A stretch of DNA of 63,983 nt, counting the filler, from Pelomyxa schiedti (Eukaryota; Protista; Evosea): NCBI GenBank assembly GCA_020536535.1. It is 7 parts of 7 records of this genome, joined end to end, with 100 filler letters (N's around TTAATTAATTAA, not from the genome) between each part and the next. Parts side by side here need not be neighbours in the genome. Positions count along the whole stretch, not along the records: positions 1 to 26,774 come from JAHLWZ010001037.1; 6 more parts are not named here. The stretch is one strand, 5' to 3'. A program made the position numbers and the translations under genes. The notes beneath the pieces are model-generated. The model did no database searches. It was not told where the DNA came from and saw only the letters and a program-made list of their open reading frames with translations. Within the stretch, counting starts at the first letter, position 1. The number at the start of each line of letters is the position of its first letter. Of the stretch, positions 1-13,212 are shown in pieces.

Positions 1-2728
1 AAAGAACACCGGTAACTCAAATGGATGCTATAAAATTTCTACTCCTCAACTTCTCACAAATGGTCTACTCGTGGTCGTGTCTGGTGGAAAAGTCTTTATC
101 CTGTAAACAAGAGTGCCAACAGGATGTTGGGCCTCTTGTCCCTAGAAGTCTGGAATGCCTTGCAAACCTTGAAGGACTTGATGTGATTTTGTACAAACAA
201 GTTGTACTACCTGAACTATTGCATGTAATTGACACAAAATCCTGTTCTGCACTTCTCAAACGGCATTTAATTATTGAAATTCTCAGGGTATTTATTACAA
301 ACAAACCTTTTTCCTTCCTTCTAAAAATACCCAGAAATTTCCCTACGATTTTCATTTGAGTACACTTGATATCTTGCTTCATGCAATGCAACAGCAGTTG
401 GAGGACAGTGACATTTCCCAAGTGACATCACAGCTCCTGGATGTTATATTACGAACAGGGAAGGCCTCACGTACGACTTCTGCACCTCCAGCAGTTAACG
501 TTAATGGGAGTGCTTCTGGAAGTGCGAGTGGTAGCGGGAGCGGGAGTGGAAATATCGGGGGCAGTGGCAGCAGTAGTAGTTGGGGGAGTGTGGGTGGCCT
601 GAGAGGTGTCAGCTCTTCCGCAACAACCCCCTCGAGTGCTTGCCAATACTCAAACCAAGGCAGTGCCTGCCCAAGGGCTCCAGATTCAAGGGATCAAACA
701 CCATTGAAGAACTCCCCTGACACATGTAGTGATCATGAAGAGACCGCGAAAGTGGGGATTGAAAGCGAACATAGTGACGGTAGTTTAGGAGGTGTGGGAA
801 GTAATGGCGATTCTGCTTCAGTTTCTTCTGATTGTCTTACTATTGCCACGGCTGTTCTTGTTGGTGAGAGCAATCCAAATGCACCCAAGGACCCCAACAC
901 TGACCAACCGTCGGAGGATAAGAATAGAGTGATTGCACTATTTTCTGATTTTTTCCGTGAATGTCAAGTAATCAAGCACTTCAGTCTCATCTCCATCTAA
1001 CCCAGCAAAGGTCAAAACACAACGTTATGAACCTTTTCTTTCTCTACTTGTACATTTTATGAAATTCTGTGTAAAGTATTCACCTGAGAATATTGAGCTG
1101 TTAAATGAAGTTCTTAGTTGGACTGTGCTATACGTACAGAAAGCTCCAATGTATACCCTCCTGCAGCGGTTTTTTGCTTTTTCCCCTTTAAGGTGTTATC
1201 CATAGAGAAAGTAGAGAAAGTCCCGCTCTTGCAGAACTGTGTGAAATTCCTTTTTCGGGGTCGCACAGTATATTAAATGTACCCTTACCTTAATCTCTCA
1301 ACGTTCCTTATGGAGTACTCTCAGATACTGCGGCTTCCGTTCTATGAAAAGATTGTACTTCAAAGCCCTATCAAGAAATTGTCCCATTGAAAGTGCAGAT
1401 GACTGTCAAAAGTTTTTATCAATCCTACATTCTGAGATAGCTGTCAAACTTGAAGCGGTTTTCAGCATAATTCCTCTTCGTTGCCCTCATCTCTACAGTA
1501 GAATGAACAACAATTAATTGCTGATACAGTTCATTTAATTTCACCTGGGGATCAGAACAGTAGGCTAGAGGTGACCCTCTACAATCGACACTTGCTCCCT
1601 TCATACCACATACCATTCTGATGAAAGTTTATAGATATTAAACTTTGCTGTTGAGTTATTCACCAAAGGTGGCCCGACTCTTCGGCAACATGGCCTCTCT
1701 TGCCTCATATTTCATGCTCTTAGATCAGTTCAACATCAGGTATTCTTTCTTTCCATATGCATTTCCATTATTTTGTTTGACCCAACACGTAGAAGTCACA
1801 TGTAGAAACTACATTACTTTTCTGTTGTGAAACGAGCCAGCTTCTTTCCAATACTGGAAATAAAGAACTTGGGCTGAAATTACTCCTTCAAACGGCTACT
1901 GCAGCATCAAATAATTCCCTTGACGAACTTTGTAATACTTGCATGTTGAATGTTGGTTCTCTTTGTTTACGTTGTATGTTGTTGTAACAGTGGTTTCGAA
2001 GGCGTTCACCATTTATGAATATCTTCAACAAAGTGGCTCCTATCCTCATTTATTGATTCTCACCATTGGGACTTTGTATACCCTGCATCTTGCGGATACA
2101 AATAAATACAAGGCGCTGCTATCTGCAGTGTGCACTATCTTCTCAATTCATTTTCGCCGAAACCACGCAAGGTACTGGCGCAGACATCAGCACTTCCTGA
2201 AATTGAACCTAGATGCCGTGCATTTTTGCAACTCTCTTCGCTATTTTGGTCTCCCGAGGTAGGCCCCAAAATTGGTGCCAGAATACTGCCAACCACCATC
2301 CCGATTTATCTCCTCCCCAAATAATTTCCAGGGTAATATGTTTGAGGGTGATGCTTGCCTAGAATGCATACACCTAAGTTGGAGTGCTGCTGAACAATAT
2401 GAAAATGAAGCCGTAGCTGCCAAATTACTTGTGGAGGTTCGTTTTCCCACAAACACCCTAAAAGCAGTCAACACTTCCCAAAAACCAATAATTCCTCACA
2501 GCCAAGTAGGTACTGAACCAAGTTCTTCGCTGTGTTGAAGATGAAGGCCCTCTCACTACTGTTCAAGCAACATCACTAGTACTAGCAATCAATGCCAGGT
2601 TGTCAAAACTATACAACGAGGCTTCAGAATGCATCTTGGTTATCACCTTTTACCAAAATACCCTCGACTTCATCAACTGGCGCAGAGACAGTGACCCAGA
2701 TACACCCCTTCATCTTGTGAATATCTAA
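1..2728 (+). CDS. VPS35: Divergent Vps35 (retromer) homolog, multi-exon, 5' end outside window
   Basis: Exons align by eye to Vps35: DAIKFLLLNFSQM (Vps35 DSIDFVLLNFAEM); LEGLDVILYKQVVLPELL (LEGVNVERYKQIVLTGIL); SKAFTIYE..LILTIGTL (SQAFSLYE..ITLIIGTF); RCRAFLQLSSLFWS (QGRAVSTCAHLFWS); CLECIHLSWSAAEQ (VMECLKKALKIANQ); YQNTLDFINWRR (FHNTLEHLRLRR). Stop TAA at 2726-2728. Confidence 0.85.
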
Positions 2729-2796
2729 ATTTCGTTGATTCAAGAAAACAGCAGTGTTCAAACGAAAGTTTGTTCTATTTTTCCCTTGGTTTCCTT

Positions 2797-4599
2797 TTAC
2801 ACTGCATTGGGTGCATTGATAACACCCCCAAACAGAATTGCTTGTGTAGATTCTTCCAGGATGAAGAATAAGAAGGGTCGGTCAACAAGCATGTGGAATG
2901 ACTTAGCTGGTCTTGAGGGCATACTCTTGGTCTTCAGAACAACAGCTGTTACTGCGGCGGCTTCTGTGCCCTAGAAGTTAAAGCGTTAGGTTAAATATTA
3001 ATTGAGTGTGTTGTAGGAGAGGATAATGCAATACTGATTCGTTGACTTCAACAAAGGTCTTGTGTATCACAGAGGAGATGTAGACGTCATCGGGACTGCA
3101 CAAAGCTGTAAAGAAATTTGTTACAAAAAAAAAAATAGAACTGGGAAGAAAAGACCTCCGAACTGGGCTCCGTTACTGAAGGCTGTCTGCATTCCCATTG
3201 TCTTCAAAACTGTTTTCAGGTCATGTGACCATTCCAGTCGGAATTTTGGCATTTCGAGTACTCCAGCCATCTGACTAAACCCGCTTACCATGGAGGATGC
3301 ATCCTCCAGCAGTTCTTGGATGGTGTTCTTTGGCTTTGGGAGCACTACTACACTGTTTGGGATGTCAGATTCATACTTATTTCGAGCATTACCAGCAAAG
3401 GCTGGGTCCTGGGCCACTTCTGGGAGTCCCGTAACCAAGCTTAACAGCTTGAAATGTCTTGGTCTCACTGTGAATATTGGTGAATATGACGTGAGAGAGC
3501 CCAAAGAACAAACTGATATAAAAATCTCGGAGAATCTTTCGACATCATTTGAACGCGGATTGTATTTCCAGCTGCTGTTGTGAAATTCTTTGGGAAAGTG
3601 TTGCGTGGTTCAAATGGTTGAGTGAAGAGGCCCTTAAAATAGAGGGCGTTTATCAGAATTAAGGCAGTCAGAGGTGGTATAGTGTCAAGAATAGTTCTGC
3701 ACAAGATTTGGTACAAAAACTAGTATAAATACAGCATACGGTATGCGTCCCTTAGTCTTAGCTGAACACCAGGTGTTTACTGGCTCGGCACTTAATGGAA
3801 GAGGAAAAGCCTTGTTGTTTTAGAAGATTTTAAGGGAAGGTTGGGAAACCTCTGTATTGAACCCTGCACATTGACGTTGAAATGCCGGTGTGAAACTATA
3901 ACCAGTCTTTATCCAAGTAGAATTTGCAACCAGTACTTCAGAATCGCAAGCCTACCATATCTTAAGAAAAATTTAGCCAATTCGCGAGCCGAACCCGAAG
4001 TAGTCCGTTGGTGGTAGTGTAGAAAGTTGCAAGGCTACTGATAAGATTTGAGGGAATGCATAAGGTACTTATCATTTCAGCTTGAGTTACACCAACAGCG
4101 CCCGTCGAAACAAGAGATAGAATCTATTTCAAAAGGATAGTTTGTAGGCATTCCAAGATTACATTACACAAAGGGAACCTGTGAAATCGAGTAAGGGGAC
4201 ACAAAGACGTTGTCCGTATTGCCCTGGGAAAATGCCCCAAGTAAAGTAATGCCAAAGGAGTTGACCGAGTCTGCCAAGCTATCGTTTACCCCCCGTCTGC
4301 TGACCGTGGCAGTGCTTCCATGCCCCTTGGCAATACAATCCGCGCACAGGTCAAACTGGCACTAGGGCAGGTGTTGGCGTGGGGGGAAAAAAATATGAAG
4401 CTTGAGTTACCCCGCAACAATGCATTATGGACTGAATCGTGGATCCCTTTCGATCCGTTGTGATGTGACACTGATCACACGTGAAGCCCTCTTCATACCC
4501 AGGGTTCTGCTCCATCAAGCTGTCCCACGTTCGAGGAACCATCGTGTGTCCCTTGGGGCACACTAGGGCCGTACTTGTGCTCGTGCTAGTGGCTGCCAT
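2797..4599 (-). CDS. Serpin with N-terminal ZZ-like zinc finger, multi-exon
   Basis: Serpin motifs NVFVSPYSIS, LVANSTW, LILINALYFKG, MPKFRLE, VIHKTFVEVNE|GTEAAAVTAVV, DRPFLFFI. The N-terminus CPKGH..CDQC..HCCG|CQFDLCADC is joined in frame over a 49-nt GT-AG intron. ATG at 4599, stop at 2797-2799. Confidence 0.92.
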
Positions 4600-4772
4600 C
4601 CCTTCAACAGACTTTGCTTTGATTTCGGGTTTTTTTTCTTTGTGTTGTGTTTCCGGGATGAATTTCAACTGAAGAAATGTGTTATGTCGAGGCCTTTTGT
4701 GGAAAGTGGACTCGCGCAAAAAAGGACGTTTTCTTGATTGAGTTCCTGGTGTGTTGAAATGTGATGGACGGC

Positions 4773-7700
4773 TTAGAAGCCGTAACTTGATGATGAGGGT
4801 GTGGAGAGCCTCTTTTGGAAGATTTCAGAGGAAGCCGCTTTGGTTTGCTCATAGGCGGCCCTGAACTTCTTGAGGTTCTCGGTGCACTGAGTGGATTGAA
4901 TAATGGAGTGGGGGAAGAGAGGTTTTATATTACCTTTGCAAGCTGAATGTCGAGCTTGGCAGCGCGCTGTTTGAGTTCCGCAATGCCGAGATTGAACATT
5001 TGCTCGAAGGTAGAGTCACTTATCTTTCGGAAGTGGTCGATAATGCACGCACTTAGTTTCCTAAACATGGGGTCCAAGAAGAATGCGTTCATCTTTGTTG
5101 TTTATTTGGCAATTAACGATCTTTGCAAAAGAGGGAGTGCTGTACTTTGTTTCGCATGAATTTACAGAAGAAAAAGCGAACTCCACTGAAGAGTCTTCCT
5201 GCCTCTGTGCAAACTGGGGAAAATTAACACTTACAATGATGAGTGGTATGAAACCTCGAGTGTAGGTATCTCTGTCAACAGTACGAGATCTAGAATGGCA
5301 TATGTTTGTGTTCAAAGAAAAAGGTACTGAGTGGTGATAATACCTGGTCCCAGAGTTTAATGGCTCTCTCTTCATTATTGAGCGAACTCTTTCCTCTGTG
5401 TCAGTTCGGGCTGGCTCCAAAAAATTGTAACTACGGTAAATGGTTAGCTTTAACTGTCTTGAACTATATATTCTTACTCCTTTATTGCTCCCAGACCTCC
5501 CAGTAAGTCCCAATCAAGTATTCTTTAATAATGCGACAGTGAAGAAGAAGAAAAAAAAGTAGTCTTGCTACCGAGTGAACGTATCAAAGTCATCAAAAAG
5601 CTTCAAACGGCACTGTGTTTCAGTATTGTCAATAAACCTTAATCAAAATGTTAGGACAGAGCATTTGCAGAAAAGATGATGGTGTACGTGTTATAAACCG
5701 TGCGAAGCTCCGCAATAAAGCCGTCAAAGTGAGCCACTTTGGTCACCTCAGGATCTTGATTATCACCTTGCACAAGAATCGCCATTGCAATTTCAAAGAG
5801 ACGTTTGAAGATAAACGATGTGCGTGATAATACAATGTCAATTAAGGGGCCTGACAAAGATTAGCTAAGTTTAAGGAATTAAAAGGGCAGTTTACGCAAT
5901 GTTTGCTTTGCTTTCATCTGAACAATATCAGACGCCGCTGATTCGATGATTGGGACATTGTGGCATTTCGTTGATCCTATTGCACTTGCGACCTCATTCA
6001 TTGACGTTTTTGGAAACTCCCTACTGTGGGCAACATGCTCAAATTCATTTAAGAGCCGCTCATATTGACTACCGCCATAGACCTATTTCTAATATCATTT
6101 TTAACGTTCTCTCACCTTAGTCAAACCTTAACATCAGCATTTACAATGTCGAACTCTGAAAAATGTTAGAAACCCACAGAAGAGTAAAGGGTGGTAACCG
6201 AAGTCGTATTCTGGCCACTCAGAAAGGCCTTTGATTTGATATAGCAGAGAACAAAAGGAAAATACGGAAGGTACCACTTTGTTCTTTTTCTGCATGATAT
6301 TAGGTACTTTGAAAAATAATAACTCACAAACACTTACCTTCACTGAGAGTAAGCCCAAAAGTATCCGGATTTCCTTCTATGGACCCTAGTTGTACTTGTT
6401 AGACTTTGCTCCAGGGCTTAAGAGCTTGACCTTCTAGAAGCCTTTCGATTTTGGACATAAACGCTGAAGGAAACAGTTAATAATATATCCAGTAAGAAGT
6501 GGAGTAACCTTGGATAAAAACTGTTGTGTGTGCTTTGAGATCCTCAACATTACACTCTGCTAGCTCTCGCTGAGAGATTTAAGATGAATTTTCAACTTGA
6601 AAGTCATTGGATACTTTGACTGTGTGGATTTCTTGTTCAGTTCTCTTGCATGTTGTTTCCAATGTGCGCATCGTTGGAGCTAAGCTTTGTTGGTAAAGAT
6701 CTGACAGTAGGTGTTCCTGCCATGAGTGTGACTTTCACCTTGATCTTTCTCTACATACCAAGTGGTTCTACACAGAGAAATGTAAGAGAAAGAGTGAGCG
6801 TGAAATAACTTGACGGTACCTTAGCCTTGCATATTCCTATCTGAGGTGTAAATCTTCGAAGAGATCTCAATTAAGGAATAGAAGTCAGCACTAAATACCT
6901 TTTTTCATCAAATCCTGCAGAATTTCATTATGAAAATTTTGAAAGAAGCTAGTTAAAATGCCTACCAACTTGAAGCAAGGTACGGTAATCCTCTAAATAG
7001 CACTCGCGCATGGCTTCACGGTAACTAATTGGGTTGTTTGCACTATAATGTAAGGATAAAAAGAAAACCTTCTGGGGTCTAGATTTCTCCTCACAGGTAG
7101 ACTAAAGAAACTAAGAAAAGACCTTTTGAAAGAGAAAAAAAAACCTGATAAAGAATGGTTTCTTTTTAACAGTAAGGTATTCCCCTATTTGAAGTAAGTA
7201 AACGATCAATTTAATTGCAACTACCAGCCAAATACTTATCAGCAGAAGCTTGACTAGAAAATTCTTTTACACGATTGTCAAACCTAAAACCGTTCATCAA
7301 TTTTTATTGCAACTGTAACATCACACTTTGTGTTAATAAGAACAGTTCGAGAAAAAGTGGGATCGACTTCTTGTACAAGTGGGCGTGAAACAGTATTAAC
7401 TGCTTCCACAGTGGATTGCTTGAGAAAATTAAATGGATGAGCTTGGAGATTTAAAAAACCTCTAAACAAATGATGATTCTATGCTGTAAAAGAAAATGAG
7501 TCGGTTAACCCGAGTTGTCAAAAGGCATACCTTTGGCTCAATTATTCTTTGTACCATCTCTCTTATTTCACTCTGAACAAAGTTGTGTGGGCTTAAGAAA
7601 AAACGAGGGTGAGTATACTAACCCTCAATTTGTCATCTCCTCCTAATCTGAACCCTTTTTGATGTTATTGATAAATTTCGTTAAGGCGTCAGAATACCAG

Positions 7701-9714
7701 GTGTGTCATAGATATTAAGGTTACTGTTGGCTATAGTGAGTTGTGGGTAATTGATGTTCTTATGTTTGACCTGCAATTACAGTATTCAACACGAAGAATT
7801 ATTGGGGAAGGGGAAACGGAATCCCCCCTTCCAGCTTTTTCATTTGTCCTGCGGATTATTTCTTGCGACAAGCTTTCAACTGGAGTCTCTGTTGCCTAGG
7901 AGTGACGTTGAGTGTGGGCTTCGATTGTAATATGAAAATTACTTCAAATGGATCCTCATCAGCACTTCGCAATACTTCTTTTCTAAACCTGCACGATGGT
8001 TGCTCACGGTGAGGATTGTTTATCATCTGAACAACACTAAGTCCCTGTTTGCGGTTACGAGAAAATAAACCTGTAGAATAAGTGGTCGACGAGTTCCAAT
8101 ATCTTAAAGTTATGAGATGAATGAAAGAAATACACTAAGGAGAATACTGGAATCAACAATATTGAACCTTGTAGAATGTTAGTGTTAATTTGGAAGAAGT
8201 GTTATTACTGAAAGCCCAACAATGCTTCGATGAAGCTGCTCTTTCCATCAGATTGCATTCCAACAACCACCAGCTCTGGAGTAGAAAAAGATATCTGAAA
8301 GCTAATATGTGTTAGACAAATGTGTATTTAAGTTGACAGAAGTACTCGTGAGCAATTCCCTGAAGGTCATTGAATAGTCGATACAATTCTCTGTTTGACG
8401 ACGAAGCTGTCCTTTCCTCTTCTTCTAATCTGCGTCGCTCTTCCTCCACCTAGGAACGATGAACAAAAAGATTCTACCAAATAGTTCTACCTTTGCTCGC
8501 ACAATTCGGTGCCACTGTTCGTCATCTTCCCATGTACGTGCGCGTTTCCTGTTTGGTCCTGTTGCAGATTCTTCATCTTTGTGCGATGGCCGAGACTGGG
8601 TCTGGGGCTGTGGCTGTGGCTGCTGTTGGGATTGTTGTGGAGGTGGCTGTGGTGGTGATTGTACTGGTGGTGGCGATTGTTGTTGTGGGGGGGCTTGCTG
8701 CGGCTGTATTGGCTGTACCTACGCCATTCATATTAACGCAAGGTGTTAATAACTTATTCCTACATTTATCTTGGAAGAATGTAAGGATGGTGGCGGCTGT
8801 AAAGAAGAGACAATCTGGCCATTGACTTGATCTAAGGGGTGTTTATTTGGTGGATAATAGGCATAAGTGCTTAGTACCTGCACGTGCAAGGAGCGGATTT
8901 CTTCCAATTGTTGTCATAGGAGTGGACGGTACAGGGCTTCCTGCGGGAGTAGAAATACTTTGTATTATTTGAGCTACACCTGATGGCAAATGGATTTGTG
9001 CCGAAGTGTTTGTGCTTGTTGTGGGTGACCTTCCACCAGCGTGCAAAGGAGTTGCAGTAACTGTGTTGTTGGATACAGTAGAGACTGCTTGTGCAGCAGA
9101 TGCGGATGAGGATGTTGAGGTTGCTGTTGGGGAAGAACTTGAAGAAGTTGAGGGCGAAGAGGATGAAGAAGTTGATGTGCTTGTGGTGGTTGCTACTTCA
9201 GCGGGTGGATTTGAGACCGGGAGAGTCGGAGTAGGTGTAAATGATTCTGAGGCTGCAGGAGGTGAGGTAGTAGATTGCCCCAGAGGGAGCAAGTTAGATC
9301 TCGAAAATGAATTGGAGTGTTGAAGGAAAGATTGTATATCAAAAGGGAGTTGGGGTTTATTTGAGGGCATATGCATTGCTTATATGTCGGTTATTATGTT
9401 CGTAATATGCGGGATGTACGTTACCGCGATTATGTTGAGATATGGGGACAACACCCTCACAAAAAATAAGAAAAAGGAGATCTTACAAAACACAACAATT
9501 CTGACAACCACGCAGGCAAGTAATGTCAAACAGGAAAAAAAAAGTAAAAAAAAAGAAAAGAATCAAACAGACCAGCCAATTCCTCAGCAAGCTTGAGGTC
9601 GCTGGCCAACTGCTGAGAAGGAGTGATTTCCTTGTCCAAGTCATCATCATCGACGATTGGGTCTCCCATAACGTCGTGAATGGAAGAGCTGGACCCGTTC
9701 CTCTGTGTGCTCAT
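4773..9714 (-). CDS. Dynamin-like GTPase of the Dictyostelium DlpA/B/C / plant DRP5 type, multi-exon
   Basis: G1 PELVVVGMQSDGKSSFIEALLGFQ (8238-8261 encodes GMQSDGKS), G2 IGTRRPLILQMINNP..PSCRF, G3 NIYDTPG, G4 TK|FDNR. Long S/T/P/Q-rich N-terminus. Stop at 4773-4775. Start uncertain (ATG at 9714, or 9376/9370). Confidence 0.85.
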
Positions 9715-9850
9715 CGTGCCCAAACCAACACGAAAATCTGTTAGCGTTATTAAATCTCTTCCTCGAAAAAAATATAAAAAAAAATAAATTCTCCTTCAGA
9801 AAGAATTCTTATTCACAACAGATAACAGATACGACCCCTCATCGGAGTCT

Positions 9851-10541
<691 letters not shown>

Positions 10542-10802
10542 TATTTCGTTTGTTATTTGCTGTTCCTTGATTTTATCTCCATGATACCAATAGTTCCATT
10601 ATAAAAGCACCCCATCACCCTCGTTGTGTTGCCCACGTTGTCAACGACGTTTTGGAGGGAAATTCAAATCAACAGTTCTCCTAATAGATCTCAGTTCTTC
10701 TTCTGGCGTCAGGCAAAAACTTACTGGGAGCCACAATCCTCAGGGCCGGTGTGTCTAGCAAGGGTGGCAAATATTCAAAAATTGTTCCAAAAAAAAATAA
10801 TT

Positions 10803-10882
10803 GGGTGAATAAAAAAAACACAAGACCTATCCTGAGCGACGATAACGAAAAAGACCGCGTTCCGTGATTATTTTATTCAGCC
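10803..10882. mobile_element. MITE copy 1 (~80 bp)
   Basis: TIRs GGGTGAATAAAA / TTTTATTCAGCC flanked by AATT on both sides. Internal sequence is the reverse complement of the copy at 50046-50134. Confidence 0.8.
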
Positions 10883-11043
10883 AATTGGGATTCTGGCCTT
10901 TGAAGAGAAACGAATGGGAGCCCCAGAATCTTTCATCCGTGCGGTGGGTCCTTCCTCGTACTTGCAGTGAACAGGAGCAAAAATCGATGACACCAAACAA
11001 AACACATATGATGCTCAATATTTTTTTTGCCATAACTTGACAC

Positions 11044-12025
11044 TCAGTACATTACAATGTTTTTGATTGGAACGTTCTTGGTCCAGTGTGTCACATTGGG
11101 GTCAGGAAGAAAATCTGCCCGAACAATTTTGGCTCTTTGCTCTAAATGTGTCGCATTTTCTAACGAAATAATTAAGTAAATGAAGTGAATGTGATAATGC
11201 CCACCTATTCTAAGATAAAGGCCTTCAGCAGGTCCGTCATAAAAATCTGACCTTCTTCCTTGTAGCATTGCCAGCAATTGTTCCTTTTGTTTGGTTAATA
11301 CAGGAATAAAGTACAAAGAGAGGGATCCGCACTCTAGAAAATCGTCCCGAGGCAACAAGCGGGACTGTAGGAATTCCAGTTCCCTCTAGTTTTGCATTTC
11401 TTGCTGTTGTGCTCAAAAACTTCTTTGAAGGAATATCATAGATATCGAAAGCAACAAACGGAGATGGAAGTCTGGTGGCGTTCGTGAAAAGGAAATGAAA
11501 CGGAGACTTTCAACCTTGTGTAGTGAATTGAGTGTTTAATAGCCATCCATTCACCAAACAAGATAGTGTCTGGTGTTAAAATATCGTACAGTGCAGGTGT
11601 TTTGGAGACCCACTGTTCTAATCCCTTCCATTGTGTTGCCGCTGGGTGGTTTTTTTGTTTTAAAGTCAGTGGAGTATATATTATAATATTGGATAGCTCA
11701 CTTGCTGATGTGACCCAATGGCTCCTGTTTTGGAACCGTATTTGGTTATCGTGAGTTATGCTGATGCCAAGGTTTGATCCGTCTATTTTTTCTTCAACAA
11801 TAATGTCCCGTGATAAAAAGTCCCTAACATCCTTAGCATCCATTATCAAATCATCCCTCGAAGCACCTGTTTTTGTGTCAAAGTCCATAAGGTGGAAATA
11901 ATTAAAAAAATTAGTGGGAGCATCTCCCTAGTCAAAGGGTGTGGTATACCTCCGACATTAAGAAGGTGTTTTGTTCGAGGGAATTTGATGTTGATAGTGT
12001 CAGAATCAACTGACGTAGCAGCCAT
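11044..12025 (-). CDS. ATP-dependent RNA ligase (Rnl2-like / PF09414-type), multi-exon
   Basis: KFPRTKHL; motif I EEKIDGSN; QNRSHWV; III LFGEW; IIIa VAFDIYD; IV EGLYLR; V RAKIV. Several short GT-AG introns. Confidence 0.85.
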
Positions 12026-12248
12026 CCTAAAAGCAGGTTAATTACCAGTCAGTGCACCACGAGACTAAATAGATGAAACAAGTAAAGGCCACGGACTACA
12101 ATACTGAGCTGTCTTATTTGTACAGATTTCACGTGTTTACTGCGCGATTTGATGGGAAAAAAACAAACTGACGAAGAAACACAAAAAAACAGTTTAAAAA
12201 AGGGAGGTCGTGTGTCTTCTTGACGGGGAACTGGGAAAGGAACTCTGT

Positions 12249-12838
12249 ATGGAACAACTCATTGAGGCAGTGATGTGCCCGATGAGGTGTGATAATGGTT
12301 GGGAATTCTGTTGCGTTTTTCATTGGTTTTCAATCATCACGAAGGCGTGATGAAGGATCCTGTGGTACTGGCCAAGTGTCAACACTCCTTTTGTAAAAGT
12401 TGTATTGAATCCTGGTTGAACGTAAGGCACAGAACGTGTCCTGTTTGCAGGTAGGTACCCCTCCTCATGTCATTGACAATAATATACAATACATTTTGGC
12501 GATCCTCCTAGGCAGCCTGTGCTGGAACACGTTGGAGAATGGAAATCAGACGATGCTGTTTTGTACCTCAGGCCATGTCCCACACTCTCCAAGTTGTGCG
12601 AAATTGTAAGGCAAGCGACGCCGCCAAATGGAACCCCCTGCACGAACTTATTTTCTGTATCTTGCTCTCCCGAAGCACTTGGGCCACCCCCGCCCAATCC
12701 AGGAAAAGTACGTTCAATATACCTAATTACACAGTAGTAATCTCACAACTCCCACCACACCCAGGGCAACACATTATGTAGGTACTGTGGTAAGATTCGA
12801 GCGATTAGGTCCAAGGTCTGCCCTCACTGTCTCTCATA
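12249..12838 (+). CDS. Small RING-finger (C3HC4) protein, putative E3 ligase
   Basis: Spliced CPMRCDNG|VMKDPVVLAKCQHSFCKSCIESWLNVRHRTCPVCR. The 3' end is uncertain. Confidence 0.7.
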
Positions 12839-13212
12839 ACCCAAGATCTCCTTGCTCCCCTTGACAATGACTTTGTATTAATAAAATCATGCTGCACCGT
12901 TCAAAGGATATGATTTGCACCCTTCACCCAGCCAAAGACTCTCTGTGGCTGTTGTTTTGCATTCCGCTCTAACGAATAGAATTAGAACGAGATGCAAGTT
13001 GTTTCTTATTTCGAAGTTCCACAATTAAACAATTGGTGGCCCTTAAGAGCGCGCGACTTTTCTCGCGCGGTGGTGCGGTGTTTCGTGATGAACGACGTTC
13101 GGCGACGCCGTCGTGGATTTCGCTGTGTTCTCGGCCGATCCTTGATGCGGTGCCGAGGCTCCAAATTTGAAAATGTTTTTTTCGATCTCCAATCTTTCTG
13201 AAAGAAAAACGA

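Noticed and set aside
8459-9323. Cys/Gly-rich and acidic plus-strand ORFs
   Set aside because: Antisense shadows of the Gln/Pro/Thr/Ser-rich dynamin N-terminal exons.
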